Assembly: GCA_044892525.1 (NCBI GenBank)
Contig: CM097887.1
Location: 43,214,001-43,278,000, forward strand
Length of the DNA stretch: 64,000 bases
Direction: 5' to 3'
Origin: Schmidtea polychroa
Taxonomy: Eukaryota
Position numbers and translations under genes: made by a program. Shown here one piece after another: positions 1 through 13,446 of the stretch; within the stretch, counting starts at the first letter, position 1; each line of letters begins with the position of its first letter. Below the pieces are notes generated by a model. That model was not told the origin of the DNA and made no database searches. It saw nothing but the letters and a program-made list of their open reading frames with translations.

Positions 1-448
1 CATATTGTTGGAATTCGGCACATATAATAACAGTATTCACCTCTAATCTCTACCAATCGATTTTCTATGATCCTTCGGATAATATGGTTCTTTTTTAAAT
101 TCTTCTAAATATATAATATTCTTTCAAACATAATAGGTATTTTTATAAAATTAGTTCTTCATCGGCTTACTGTCAGTTTTTTTATTGTTTTCTATGAGAC
201 TAATAGCCTACTTTTTGAGTTTTCTTCTTTTATACTCGAATTTTACTCTTAAATAATGATTCTCTGCTTAAACAATCTCTTTTGACAAATTCCTCGATTG
301 TCATTTAGAAATGTAATAATATTTATTTTTCATTCGCTTGGTTCCTCTATGGTTATTAATCATCATGTCATAATAATAATGGTTTTCTAATTTCTTTTAT
401 CATTGTTTACTCAGCTCGAGTTTTTCTTTATTAATTACCAATATTCGG

Positions 449-449
<1 letters not shown>

Positions 450-502
<53 letters not shown>
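450..502. repeat. (TA)n microsatellite
   Basis: Perfect AT dinucleotide run of about 52 bp; explains the IYIYIY stretch in ORF 400..594. Confidence 0.98.
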
Positions 503-505
<3 letters not shown>

Positions 506-2039
506 ATTTTCCGACGATTATCCTTCTCGGTTTCATGATAACAAATTGCCAAAGAATGTTTTGCAATTGAAAGTTCGTTCTTAATTTTTGCCAAATAATT
601 ATTTATAAAAATAAATAAATAATTTCCTATAGATATTTTTTTGAAAAAACTATTTATTTGTGATTAAAAAAAATCTTATGATTGTGAAAATCTTAGAAAT
701 TTGGTATAAAACTTCTCAAATCATTTATTGTCTCCTACTTTTTTATATTATATGAGATGGATTATGTATATTAATTAAATGATCCGAACAGGGGTTGAAT
801 AAAGTGATTGAATGTATTAGTTTTGAGCATTGTGTCTGCGAATAATAAACTGAATTTTTGAATTCTTTAATGTGCACATCTGATTTATTCCTATATTTAA
901 ATGAGCTTTTTTAATTCATTTTGTGTAAATAATTTATTTTGTTAATTTTAACGTATTAATCTAATAATATTTTATTATATTTAAAAGTAAAAAATATAAT
1001 TTATTATAAATAAATTATATTTATATTATGATATAAGCACAATGATGATTTCAGTTCTTTATTTTGTCATTGTTATTGTTATATCAAAAACAAAATACTT
1101 ATATGGCTATATTAGTAAAATCCCATGATATTTTTCTAATTTTTATAAATGGTAAAAATATAAATTAACTAAACTTGTATATTTTTCGTTGTCAAAATTT
1201 TTTATTATTTCTACTGCTTGTTTTTATGTCTTGAAATCGCTTGTACTTTTTTAAAAACAAATTTCATGTTTGACATAAATAAGGATTTTCGCTTTGATAG
1301 GAAACATTAAAATGCAGTGAGAAAGGAATTCCGTGTGGCACAGGAATTTTCAGACAGAACTGTTTATCGATACTGACATTAATGTGACCAAGTAAATCAA
1401 ATTCTCGGTTTTGGCTGTACAATTCATTAAAATAAAATTAATTACATGAAAACTTTTCAAATTCAATCTGATATATATTTTAAATTTTTAATTATGGTAA
1501 TAATATCGACGAATTTTTCACTGTTTGAATAAATAGGATGTGTCAAATTGTAGTTTGTCATTTTTGATTTTAGTTTTGTTAGAATTTACATGTTCTGATA
1601 TTTATTGAAATGCTTGTTCTGATAATTTATGGTGATAATTTTTGAAATGGCTCCGTTTTTTATAATGCATTGATTTTTGAAAAGTTGACTTGATAGAAAA
1701 CTGCCAAAAATTGTAGTTATATCTAATTTACTGATCCATTATCATCTAACTGTTAATGAAGGGTAGAGAAGGATTCAATATGTTTATTGAATCTTTTGAA
1801 GCGTAAACTTTTCTCAACATTTTTTATTTAATTTTCATAATAATTTGAATGAAATTGACTAATAAAATTTTATAACTCGAAATTGTACAGGAATACTTGA
1901 AACATCCAGAGACAATTTTTGTATAACTCATTACTTTTAGAAAATTGGGTTGATTAGTTTTACAAGATTTTCAAAAGAATTTTGAATAGAATGAAAAATT
2001 AAAAATATGAAACACTTATTCAAATTAGAAAAGAATTTA

Positions 2040-3932
2040 AAGATTCCATTCGACGATCAGTAATTTCTGGATCAAACATCAATTCCAAAGCATCGTCATA
2101 TAGCCGAAATATTATCTCGGAGAAAATGGAAAAAGGTTTAGGCCCTTAGAATATAAAAACGACTTCGGGAATTGGAGCCACCAACAAGTGTCAATGCAAT
2201 GAAGACAATGACATTTAATGCAAGTGAAGGATGGCTGACAGGATTCCTAAAAAGGCAAGCATTTCATAATGTAAAAATAAAAGGAGAAGTAGCATCAGCA
2301 GATGAAAATGCTGCAAAGAGTTATCCAGAAAAATTCATAAAAATAATTGAACACGGTGGCTATACGCCAGACCAGGTAGTTAAAGCCGATGAGACGGGAT
2401 TATTCTGGAATAAAATGCCTTCCAGTACAGTGGCGTACCAAGGATTTCTGGGGCCCTTGTGCAGATTTTGGGACGCACAAAATATTTGTCGAACGAAGTG
2501 ATCCGATGTCGTTATACCGCCATTTTGAATCGAGTAGGCAAGTAAATTGGATTTGACGTTTTATTAATAAACAAGTCCTCATCACATAAAAAAAAACCAA
2601 CGTCAAGTAAAGCAAATAATTTAATAGATGAATGGGTGTGACATATGTGGTTTACAACTATATCCAATATAGATTCCTAATAATATTAAATGTATAAACC
2701 GTCCAAACTGTGGTTGCTGTCTTAATAAAAACAAAACAAACGCCAAAGCGATGCTTGGTTTGATGACAATCGGGGAATTTATAATGCTCGAACGTATAAA
2801 TTTTACTAATTTTTCGTCCTGGGCCCTTGTGCCGTGCACAACCTGCACAACCTATTGCTACGCCACTGCTCCAGTACCTACATTGCTAAATCAGAAAATT
2901 CTGCTGGCGGTTTCAAAGCCGCTAAGGATCGAGTAATGTTTTTATTGTGTAGTAACGCATCTGGAGATAAGATTTTAAAGCCACTGTTAATCAACAGGTC
3001 ATTAATGCCACGAGCTTCTTTTGCCATAAAACAACTGCGGACTTCTACCTTAAATGCTTGTTAGAAGAAAATATGGCCAGCATGAGTTAAAATTAGTAAC
3101 TCTGTAATACAAAATGCAGTTGTGTGTTCAGAAATTGTAACACTTTCACACGAAATAGGTCGTGAGGGCTTTGAAAATATGCAAGTTACGGATATAGAGG
3201 AGTTGATGCTTGAAAAACTTGATTGAAGCTATAACAGTTAAAAGGTATTAATGAGAACCATAGTGACGAAGATGAAGGTGAAGGTGAAATACATCAACTA
3301 ACTTCTGATTTAATTCGCGATGGCTTAAAATTTGGTACCAGTAATGGAACAATTTTTTCTCACTCGTGATCCTAACGTGGAACGTGCATTAAAATTCCAA
3401 CGGAATTTACAGGTTTGTATGGCTGGCTATCAAGGACTTTATAAGGAAGTTAAAAAGGCAAAAACCCAACAGCTTATAACAGATTTTATCATAAGAAAAC
3501 CAATATCAGATTTGGTAGACCTAAGTGATAAAAGCAATTTTAGCCAGTCTATAATAAACGTGCACGCTTATTATAAAGTAGTGATAATAAATATTAGTTG
3601 CTAAATAAGACTTATATTTCCAATTTGAATTTAATTTATATGTATTTATGAACTAAAATTTTATTTGTTTTTTACTTATGGATTAAAATTACTATTATTA
3701 TCTATTTTTAATAAAAACATGTATGGATTATATTTTCTAAAACTTATATAATATGGTTTCAAGATTTACTATTTTTTTTGCACGGATTTTAGAACAACTA
3801 ATTATTGCTTTTTCTATTTTACACGGTTTTCTATAATTGTAGAACACATCCTCAATTTTACTATGGTTAACATGTCTTTTTTTCCACGATTTTCGTTCGA
3901 ACGTATCTACCGTGTAAAAAAAGAGTTGAGTA
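2040..3932 (+). mobile_element. Decayed Tigger/pogo DNA transposon (CENP-B HTH + DDE_1 transposase pseudogene), interrupted by a hAT MITE
   Basis: ORF 2172..2501 has FNASEGWLTGFLKRQ and ADETGLFWNKMPSS; ORF 2834..3064 continues with TYIAKSENSAGGFKAAKDRVMFLLCSNASGD. These are hallmark Tigger motifs. The acidic C-terminal remnant ends KAKTQQLITDF (~3460-3490). Element boundaries are approximate. Confidence 0.88.
2428..2868. mobile_element. Non-autonomous hAT element (441 bp) nested in the Tigger transposase
   Basis: TIR CAGTGGCGTA...TACGCCACTG; 8-bp TSD ttccagta/ctccagta. Removing it restores the Tigger frame MPSS-TYIAK. Confidence 0.9.
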
Positions 3933-4582
3933 TATATATATTCTTTCATTAATATCCGTAGTTGACATTTAAATTTTGTCTTTCACATTTAATTCATACA
4001 GCTTAATGTTGTGATTAGTGAAAGAAAGCTAATTTTATAAATATCACAATATCCGTTATTTAAAGGTACAATTAAAAATGTTTGCAATTACAATTGTTTA
4101 AGCTGACATCTAAATTTATTTATTCAGAATAAGTTGCAATATGTTTTAATTTCTTCAAAATTTTCATTTAAATAATAAACAAAGTTTAAAAAATGAGATT
4201 TTTCAGTTGAACAACTGTTGTTGTTAGTTGTGTATTTTTTTATTATTTTGTTTCCTTTCTCTGATTCATGTACTTTTTGGCACCACTTTTATCTTTTGAC
4301 TTCGATGAAGTGTAAATTAAAGGAGCTCAAAAACTGGACATTGAATTTCATATAAACATTCTGCTGTTGAACCAAAAACATTTATAGATTTCAGATCTAT
4401 GATAGTGGAATGTTAAAACCTAAATTTCATATCTTACTATGAAAATTTCTAATAGATCCCATGTAAAGAACTCGTTTTTTTTAAATTTAGCTAAATTGTC
4501 TAAAAGTCAATTCAAAATGTATATTTTGAATGAAAAATGTGAAGTTCTATTGAAATAATGATATTCGGATTAATCATTGTAG

Positions 4583-4661
4583 TAGAATGGATACTACCAA
4601 ATGGATGTGTTTGAGCAGTGTGAGATGTATTTGTAATGGAATATTTGATTGTCCTGATCCC
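4583..4661 (+). CDS. Possible LDLa-like exon of the downstream membrane-protein gene
   Basis: After a candidate AG acceptor it reads RMDTTKWMCLSSVRCICNGIFDCPDP, resembling the LDLa C-x-G-x-x-D-C-x-D motif. The donor site was not resolved. Confidence 0.3.
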
Positions 4662-4860
4662 TTATATTATATTAAGCAACTCCTTATAATTATTGTTTAA
4701 TAATACATGCATGTTTGTTTGATGAATGATGAATATCCGGGAATTCAGTTTATCTCATTATTTATTTTTCCCAATAATACATAAGCTATAGACATTAAAA
4801 AATCTTTAACTTAATTAATGAAACTTCCCTATTTCAAATCTTGAAATTATTTTGTCTTAA

Positions 4861-5471
4861 CCCCTTTACCGGTAGACCCGAGGATACTCGTCAAGCCGAA
4901 ACCGGCTGATAACCGGTAGACCCGAATATACTCGGCTAAACATAAATACGTCGTTCTAGGTCATTTAGAAACATCAAACCATAATAACCATGCACTCTAC
5001 TACAACTCTAGCCCTGCTGAGGGCAAGAATGTATGGCAGGGCTAAACAAAATAAAAAATTATACAAAAAACATTTCCCATGAAATCTCAGAAAACGTTTC
5101 AAACCTCAATGTAGCTGTATTACCCCATCGCTATAAGCTAAATCATCACAACAACTATTATTATGCTCTTCTAGTGTCTATTTCAGGTCATACAAAAAAA
5201 TTCTTACAAAAGGTTGGAGCAAAAGACACAAAAACTTGCAAAACAATTGTTCTTCTTATTCAGTACCTTGTTATCCACTACTCATTACTTTACAACAATA
5301 CTAAAAACTGCTTTATTTGTTATTAATTAGTTAACTGTTATTCGTTATTAGTTGTTCGTTATTGTTGATAAGGATGTTTGAAAAATAATTAAAAGATTAA
5401 TTTTTTTATAGTCGCAAATAAAGTCGCCAATTAAGGGTCGATTTCAGAAAAGGAAGTTGACGGTAAAGGGG
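4861..5471 (+). mobile_element. piggyBac-type non-autonomous element, family PB-a copy 1 (611 bp)
   Basis: TTAA on both sides; TIR CCCCTTTACCG; near-identical copies at 12414-13024 and 54127-54785. Confidence 0.95.
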
Positions 5472-6170
5472 TTAATGTGATATGTAATATTCTGTAAATG
5501 TTGTCAGCCTTACTGGAATATAATTTGAATAAGCTTTCTTTTAGATGGCCCCTATAACAAATATCTGCAACTATCAAATTTGACGAAACTCTTTGTGTAA
5601 CCCAAAAAAAAAAATTTTTTTCTTAAAATAAGTGCGATTTGTGTAAGGATCAAGCGTTGACAGACAGTATTTCACCTGAGGTGCTTTCTTTTGTAGATTT
5701 TTTAAGAGATAGTAAATATTATCAGTAAAATCTTGTTGCTTAACTTTTTTGACTACAAACAAATTATTGATCCCTCGGGGCCCCACGTAATTATGGAATG
5801 TTTGTTAGTGTGTTTTGAGTGAAATGAATTGTAATAGAAATAACAAATATAGAATTGTTATAGACCAAATATCTATGTTTATTATAAATATTTGAATTTA
5901 TAAATTATTATCAACAAAACAGTTGCTAGTCATAAATAATTTAATACAATATTGACATTCAAGTCACTTTTTCGATAATACAATGGTGAGGGTCCCCTTG
6001 ATCATGGTCCCTTACTTGGTCTCGTGATATGCATACTTATATTTACTTCACTAATGGGAGTCTGTGACATAGTGAAATCTGATGAATTAAAATTTAATTA
6101 CAAATTTGTATCATATTATCATTTTTAGATTTCCAACTTTCTCTTCATTTTTTAGTTTTATTGTTTATAG

Positions 6171-7314
6171 AAAAACGAAATGGTCGACAAATATTAGTCA
6201 AAAGTACAACGAATGGAACTACATAACTTTTCCAGTCAATTTTAAGGTCTCAAATATTGATTTAAAGAGTGACCTGGAGTATTCTTCACTAGAAATAAGT
6301 GGACATTCGATTTGTGTCGATAATTTCACAGTTTCCAAATTTCCTTGTCGATTTACAAAAAACTTTTTCAATAACAATTTTTCATCCGATCAAAATATTT
6401 GGCTTACTCCACCTATAAGCCTTCTATTAGCGATTATCGCACTGATGGTCGCATTGGTGTTGATCGGTGTTTCTTTGAGTTTTATTTGTGCAAAAAGAGC
6501 TCAAAGGAATTTACAGCGGTGTAAACAAACATCTCGTCGTAACAAGACGATGAGAAATGATAGATTATCTCTTCAAAATTCAGTAAATATTGACGCAACA
6601 GTTAATAGTAATTACGACATTGACACATTCGGTTCCAGTGTTCGATTTCCTAATCAAAATCGCTGCTTACCGGCTGTTGTTCATGTTCGAAGTAATCCGC
6701 AGTTATTTTGCTATTCGCGACATCATTCGTTTCTCGCTTCAAAATCTGTCGAAAGCAACGAGACGAATCCGAATTGTCGATTTTCTCTTGCTCTGACTGA
6801 AGATGCTCAAGTTCAGTTGTTGACAAACAGCAATTTAACGAATGCGAGTCCGCCAGTGTCTAGTGATTTGTCATCCAGGAATTTGCCCATCATTCGACAG
6901 CAATCTTTCACCACTACAATTAGTCATGAAAGAACTCCATCTCCGACTGAACAGAATTCTCGAGCTGAAACCTCTATTCAACAACGACCTCAATCAATTG
7001 TTGTCGTGCCGAGTTTTTGTGCTCCAATAATTGATCAATCCGAGTCTGATCTGTCCTTGGAATCAGTTCATCTCCAGCAAATCCCTCTCGCTGGTAGCAG
7101 ACTCGATAGATCTCGTCCGATTCGCGAGTCCATGAATATTGGCTATGTCAGCGATAATAGTCCTTATGATTTGCCTCATTACGATGCAGCTTTGGAACTG
7201 TTAGCGGCACACAAAATGAAATTGGCTCAATCTATAATTTCTAATGACCAATCATCGGACGTTGCTAATAACAACAATTCCGATGATTTCGATCAGTTCG
7301 GTTCGATCGATTGA
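6171..7314 (+). CDS. Terminal coding exon(s) of a single-pass type I membrane protein; probable MAM-domain C-terminus, TM helix and long Ser-rich cytoplasmic tail
   Basis: Within ORF 6106..7314 (402 aa). Acceptor ttgtttatag at 6161-6170. KWSTNISQKYNEWNYITF...HSICVDNFTVSKFPC resembles the MAM C-terminal pattern W..G....W....IAIDDI....C. TM segment ISLLLAIIALMVALVLIGVSLSFIC is followed by KRAQR. LPHY (L/PPxY-like) motif near the C-terminus. The domain call is by eye. Confidence 0.7.
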
Positions 7315-8245
7315 TAGAGAAATAGAATATTCTATTTTTGCTAGTGCTTCTTCACAATTTTATTAATTTTTAAATATTGATTAAATGATTTTATTCATTG
7401 ATTATGTGATTGATTATTTGTTGAGATTGTAAATATGAGAAATCGATTCTCTGGGATTAGACAATAATTGGAATAGATTGATGATTCATTTATATATTAT
7501 AAATATATTTATATTTATATTTATAGAGTAATTATGAAGTTAAATTAGATTTATCTTAAAAAGTTTTAATTTAATGTAAATTTGTTGAAAGATTTATTTC
7601 TGATTTAGCCTTATCAGATCTTTGTTATTCTCAATATATTGATACGAGTTAATTTGATTTTCTATTGATTGTTTTAATTAAATCAATTTCGATTTATCAA
7701 TTAGATTAATTAATCATTGTCAATAATCATGGTGAAATCAAAGTTGTGATTGGAACCATATCGGATCAATTTGCGGAAGTTATATCTGACAGATGAATAT
7801 TAATTGGAGTATTAATTGGCTGATTATTCCGTAAAGGTTTGGAATTTAATTTAATTTAATTTCGAATAAATATTCGAACAATCATTACACAAAATTTATG
7901 TATTAAAACAAATTAGTAAAATTGAATATTCCTTGTTTATTAATGAAGTTGGATAAAATTTTTGATATGAAATCTTGTTTTTATGCCCTTCATTTAAAGA
8001 TTAATGATCAAAGGAAATATTTGTAGCAAAGTGTAAATTGATAAAAACGTAAGGTGACGATTTTAAAGATATAATGATAATTTTTTTTTAAATAAAATAA
8101 TTGTTGAATCTATATTATACACCAAAAATAGATGAAATTAGAAGAATACTCCAGTTCCTTTAGGGAAATTTGATATGAAAAAGTGTTTAAAATAATCATT
8201 AAATTATATATTTTTTCATGTAAAATTTGGATTTATGGATTAGAT

Positions 8246-8381
8246 TAAGGGTGGACAAGTGTGGCTCTTTGATGAGATGTGTGGCTCCCATTGAGATCTG
8301 ATTTTTTAGGGTTGTGGCTCTTTGTAATACAGGGAAAATAGTGTATTTGGCTCTTGAGGACCTCATGCGTGCTCACCCCTG
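8246..8381. mobile_element. hAT/Buster-type MITE (136 bp)
   Basis: Ends TAAGGGTGGAC...GCTCACCCCTG; 8-bp TSD gattagat/gattagac with central TA, typical of Buster. Confidence 0.7.
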
Positions 8382-8469
8382 GATTAGACTGATTTAAACG
8401 TTAAATGGTTTGTCAAAGATTGAGATATTACAAAACATAAGATGATATTTGAAGCGATACGTTACTAGG

Positions 8470-8883
8470 CAGAGGTGAGCTTTTTTCTTTGAGAATCCTA
8501 TGAACTAGTACCCTAGTAATGTGTCACCCCTATAACTTAACTTCTATAACTTTATGTGTGTACTAGCATACTGGCTAAAATGGAGTGCGTAATGTTTTGG
8601 AAAAGCCTTTCAGAAAACGTCACACCTTCGTGCTTTATCGTGAGTATTCGAGTGATTGTACATCCAAGTTCAAAATATTTAGTTGAGCGACATGATATTC
8701 GAAATTTTATCGTCATTGCTTGATGGGCATGACTTCGTCGATTTACAAATGTATGTAATGAAAATGATTTCAAGGTATTATATTTTCTTTTTGAAAAAAT
8801 AGTTACCAAAAAGAACAAGGGGCTCGCAAATCATAGAATAATTTAACAAAGGGCTCGTGCGAGCCTCCTATAGTTCACTACTG
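8470..8883. mobile_element. hAT/Buster-type non-autonomous element
   Basis: Ends CAGAGGTGAGCT...AGTTCACTACTG; imperfect 8-bp TSD ttactagg/gtactaag. Confidence 0.55.
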
Positions 8884-9865
8884 GTACTAAGTAGATGTGA
8901 GTTTTCTTATTCACCACCAGTTATAGTGGATCCCACAGCGATAGATCATTGCTTGAGTCAGTAATTTTTATATGACATAAACCCCATTTAAAATAATTTT
9001 GGTAGGAAATTTATTTCAGAAGAATCATTAAAATTTTGGAAAGGCTTCATTGGCAAAATCATAAAAAATATCAAGATATAACTTTTGCACATAACTTATT
9101 CATATTTCCACCGGAAGTAAGTTAAATTCGATAAAAAATAGATTTTTGGCAATTTTTGAAATTTTTGAAAAATATAAAAATGGTTGAGAATAGTTAGATG
9201 TATCCCAGTTATACATAGATCAATACCTTCCACAAGAAAAAGTAGCTCAACTTTGTATATAAGTCAATTTAAACTCATGTTAATTGTAACCAAGGCAACC
9301 CTGAAAATAGTAAATTTAGGTACAATAAAGTCTGGTTATAGGCAATTTCAGGTCATTGACGTCGATTTAAGGTCACTTAAGTTCAAAATGTAGAAAATAA
9401 CATAAAAAATAAGTAAGTCAATTTAAGTAAAGTGACCAGACATTTTTTTTTGGAATGTTGGACATATTCAAATCAAAACCGCATTATCTGTGGCGTTTGA
9501 TCATTTTATACGAAAACTCTGCATGAATACACAATAATAAAGTGTGCATTATGGAATACTATGACAAAAACAGTTTTTTTTATTCACTAGAAGTGTGTAA
9601 ATTGCATATTTACATTTTTAAAGACTATACTTATTATTTAATTCAGCTGATGATATTGTACACAACTTACACTGTAAAATATTCTATTACACAACTATAC
9701 ATTCTATGGAAAAAGATCAAAAAATTCTCTGCTTTCTCTTTTTTTGAAAATATTAAAAGCGAAAGTGTTAAAAGTGTTACATATCCAATGTGGGACAAAC
9801 CACTCAAATCCGGGACATCTGGTCACTTTATATTAAGGTCAAATTTAAAGTTACGTAGTTGACGT

Positions 9866-10493
9866 CAAAGCCGTAGCTATGGAAAATGGCGCCCGGGCGT
9901 GATTATAATTTGGCGCCCCTGGTGCCAAAACAATCCACCACTCCCATTAATTGTGTACTTACAGGAATGGAATTGGTCTTGAAGAGTCAAATTAAGATGC
10001 AAAGCTATACAATGCTTAACCAAACTTATATTATAACGAAAACCAATTAATTATAAATATGTATTATACATGTGTATATACATTAATATTGGACATTTAT
10101 TTACTTCGTATTTATTAAACCTTTATTATATATAAACTACTGTATCGGGCATTTCGATATCTATAACCATTATCATAAATTGTCCTTCCTTCTTTCAAAC
10201 GATTTTCAAGATCTTTCCAGGCTAGGTAGCATTTTCTATGCTCAAAACTGTTTTCATGATCAGCCACCTTTGGATTTAGTCGCCCGTTTGCAAAAACCTT
10301 TAGATAGACCAGCAAACCATTTTTTTTAGTTTAACTTTTGAAAACAGTAAACATGGAAAGCAGAATATAAAAATTTAATATGAAAAAAGAAAGAAAAGCA
10401 AAAAAAAATTAAATGATCATTTCACAGTTTTGGCGCCCTTCGACTCTGCGCCCCGGCGGTCACCCCATTCGCCACCCCTTAGCTACGGCTCTG
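9866..10493 (-). mobile_element. hAT deletion derivative (ZMYM1-like transposase group), copy 1
   Basis: TIR CA(A/G)AGCCGTAGCTA; TSD gttgacgt/ggtgtcgt; internal HENSFEHRKCYLAWKDLENRLKEGRTI remnant (ORF 10115..10315); related copy at 58655-59359. Confidence 0.85.
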
Positions 10494-12023
10494 GGTGTCG
10501 TATAAAATTATATAAGGTTACATAAGAATAAAGTATTATAGAATGAAATAGTTAACATACAAATTAAGTAGATTAACGGTCAAAGTCAAACTAAGGCTAA
10601 ATAAAGTTAGTAATAAGTTATAAATAATTAAAATGTACATACTACGTATAAGTTAGGTGTTAGTTATCATTTTTAATTATGTGAAATTATGTGTTAATGT
10701 AAAGGTTATCTTATTAACTATTTTTAATTATTTTATTTTTCTCTAGTTTCACGACACTAGATTTCCACCTTGAAATTGTTTTTAAAAAATGAGTAATTAT
10801 GGTCATTTAAAATCTTTACAATATTTTTTGTTTTCAAATGACTTAATGAATAAAATTAATTTTTTAAAGTGATTGTTTTTAATGCGATTTCTTATTTCTT
10901 ACTTCAAGCTTATTTTACTCTCATCGATCACCGAATAGGAATATCAACAGAATTGTATCAAGTCTTGTGCGTTGTACCGATGACATAAAAATAAGCTCGA
11001 AATTAACATCACTAAATCGCATTGAATATCGCCTTGTTGGGGTTCTTAAAATTAAAATTCACAAATAATTAAAAATGGAATATTTAAAATTCAAAATCAA
11101 GAAATTATCGAATTAAAAGTTGAAAAACCGGTCGTATGCGGATGAAATGATGGAGAAGATCATGGTGAGAATGGATTTATCAGATTGTGCTCAGAAAGGA
11201 AACGTACAAAAACAGAAAATCGTTAATTAATTAATTAAGGAAGACCAGAGATAAGTAAACAAACTAAGTTGGAAAACCATTATCATGGCAGCATGAGTAA
11301 TGGGGCAAACTGAAAAAGATTATCATAACGAGACAAGCCGGGACAATTAAATTTTACATTCAACGAAGGAGAAATTGAAAAGAATACGATGCAAAGAATG
11401 TCAAGAGGGAAACACCATTAATCATTCAAATTTAGAAACAATCGGCATTTTCCTTGGGTAGGTACGATTAAAGGGGGAAATAAGTCAGCAGATAGAATTA
11501 ATAGAAAAATAAAAGATTTCAAAGAAGTGAAAGGATTAAAGAAAAGTGATTATTATTGCAGAACCAAAGTGGTTACAGTGTGACTTATTGAATAGTCAGA
11601 ATAGGCTTTTTATTGCGATATTCGGAGTTTTGGAAATTGTAGATTTACGAATTTGTTTGACTAATTGTTTTTACAGAACACGTTGAGTCAAAAACACCCA
11701 CTTTAATATTCACTAGTTTGAAAACACAACAACCTTTACAATATTTTAGTAATTTGCACTACATTTATCATTATAAATTCGACGGGGTGATTCATCTTGT
11801 TAATTAACAGGCAAAAATAAAAATTGGTAAAAACAATGTTAACACAATTAACGAAATAAATATAAATTAAAACTTGTTTAGCAAAAAACTAATTTCAGTC
11901 AACCTAAAATACCGAATTCCAGTCATATATTTATATATTATATATTTATCATATCAATATTGTACAGAGTAAAAACGATAATATATTTAATAACAGGAAT
12001 TGAACAACAATGAATAAAGCAAA

Positions 12024-12283
12024 TCATTTGAACCAGGATTTGGAGCCTCGGAATGATGCTCTCCGAGACGACTCGGAGCCCCTATTACTTTTACTCACTC
12101 CACGGGAAGAAGATTCAGACCACTTTTTATTTCTTTCTGGACTCCTGTCTCTTTCCAGTGGTTTTAGGAGCATCGATTCACCTCCATCTTAACGGAAAAT
12201 ATACAATTTCTAATTCCAATCCAAATTTTTTCTACTTCTCGATATTCCTTTGGGATTACTGTTGTACAGGTCTCGAAACCCTC
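12024..12283 (-). CDS. Last two exons (12236-12283, 12024-12187) of TASOR-like gene A
   Basis: 48-bp GT-AG intron 12188-12235. The spliced frame reads GFRDLYNSNPKGISRNGGESMLLKPLERDRSPERNKKWSESSSRG...SKSWFK*. The terminal exon is 164 bp, the same length and phase as the gene B terminal exon, and both share GES.LLKP..R.R. Linkage to the DUF3715 exons is inferred from the collinear paralogy. Confidence 0.7.
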
Positions 12284-12413
12284 CTGAATACAATTTTTAT
12301 CAAAAAATAATTGCAACTTCAGAAATTGATTATTCTGGATTTACTTTAAAGTAATTTTTATATCAAAATGTCAGATTAGTACTGAGTAATATTTCAATCA
12401 AATCTATTATTAA

Positions 12414-13024
12414 CCCCTTTACCGTCAACTTCCTTTTCTGAAATCGACCCTTAATTGGCGACTTTATTTGCGACTATAAAAAAATTAATCTTTTAATTAT
12501 TTTTCAAACATCCTTATCAACAATAACGAACAACTAATAACGAATAACAGTTAACTAATTAATAACAAATAAAGCAGTTTTTAGTATTGTTGTAAAGTAA
12601 TGAGTAGTGGATAACAAGGTACTGAATAAGAAGAACAATTGTTTTGCAAGTTTTTGTGTCTTTTGCTCCAACCTTTTGTAAGAATTTTTTTGTATGACCT
12701 GAAATAGACACTAGAAGAGCATAATAATAGTTGTTGTGATGATTTAGCTTATAGCGATGGGGTAATACAGCTACATTGAGGTTTGAAACGTTTTCTGAGA
12801 TTTCATGGGAAATGTTTTTTGTATAATTTCTTATTTTGTTTAGCCCTGCCATACATTCTTGCCCTCAGCAGGGCTAGAGTTGTAGTAGAGTGCATGGTTA
12901 TTATGGTTTGATGTTTCTAAATGACCTAGAACGACGTATTTATGTTTAGCCGAGTATATTCGGGTCTACCGGTTATCAGCCGGTTTCGGCTTGACGAGTA
13001 TCCTCGGGTCTACCGGTAAAGGGG
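12414..13024 (-). mobile_element. piggyBac-type non-autonomous element, family PB-a copy 2 (611 bp, inverted)
   Basis: TTAA flanks; TIR CCCCTTTACCG; reverse complement of 4861-5471 with very few differences. Confidence 0.95.
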
Positions 13025-13141
13025 TTAATTAGCTGGTCTACCCGGCGTTGCGCTTGCACATAAGTCGTATAAGAGATTGCTATATTTTATTAAATGCACT
13101 TGAATTTTCAAAATTAATTATATATCGTCAACATTTATTAA

Positions 13142-13446
13142 CCTTTTGAGGACGACGGGCTCAAAATTTTTTATTCCCCAAAGGTGCAATTTTGCCATAA
13201 AAAATGAAGTTTTCCTAAATTGATTTTCAACACTCCACCTTACTGCAAATCGAGATACACTGACGATTATATGAAGAGTATTGAAGACGTATAATTAAAA
13301 ATATGGCTATTTTGACAACTATTACAAGCTGTAGAATATATTGGTGCAAATTAGAAGTTTTTGGCATTGAGTGGACTAGAGTCGAATTTCGCCCTCAAGA
13401 CCAAAATAAAGTTGTGCGACTGTAGTCGCACAGCGCCTTCAAAGGG
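13142..13446. mobile_element. piggyBac-type MITE (305 bp)
   Basis: TTAA flanks; imperfect TIR CCTTTTGAGG / CCCTTTGAAG. Confidence 0.65.

Noticed and set aside
400-594. ORF with IYIYIY run (also 45096..45305 and 45136..45324)
   Set aside because: Artefact of (TA)n microsatellites and 21-bp TIR repeats.
5033-5326. 97-aa ORF present three times (also 12559..12852, 54271..54564) as a possible small gene family
   Set aside because: It lies wholly inside the PB-a MITE. Conservation reflects recent copying; at most a scrambled piggyBac C-terminal remnant.
12010-12192. Plus-strand 60-aa ORF
   Set aside because: Antisense shadow of the minus-strand terminal exon, which has splice sites and a paralogue.
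13029-13130. TAGCTGGTCTACCCGGCGTTGCG resembling a Helitron/HINE terminus
   Set aside because: Only one short end-like motif; no 3' hairpin or CTRR partner found.
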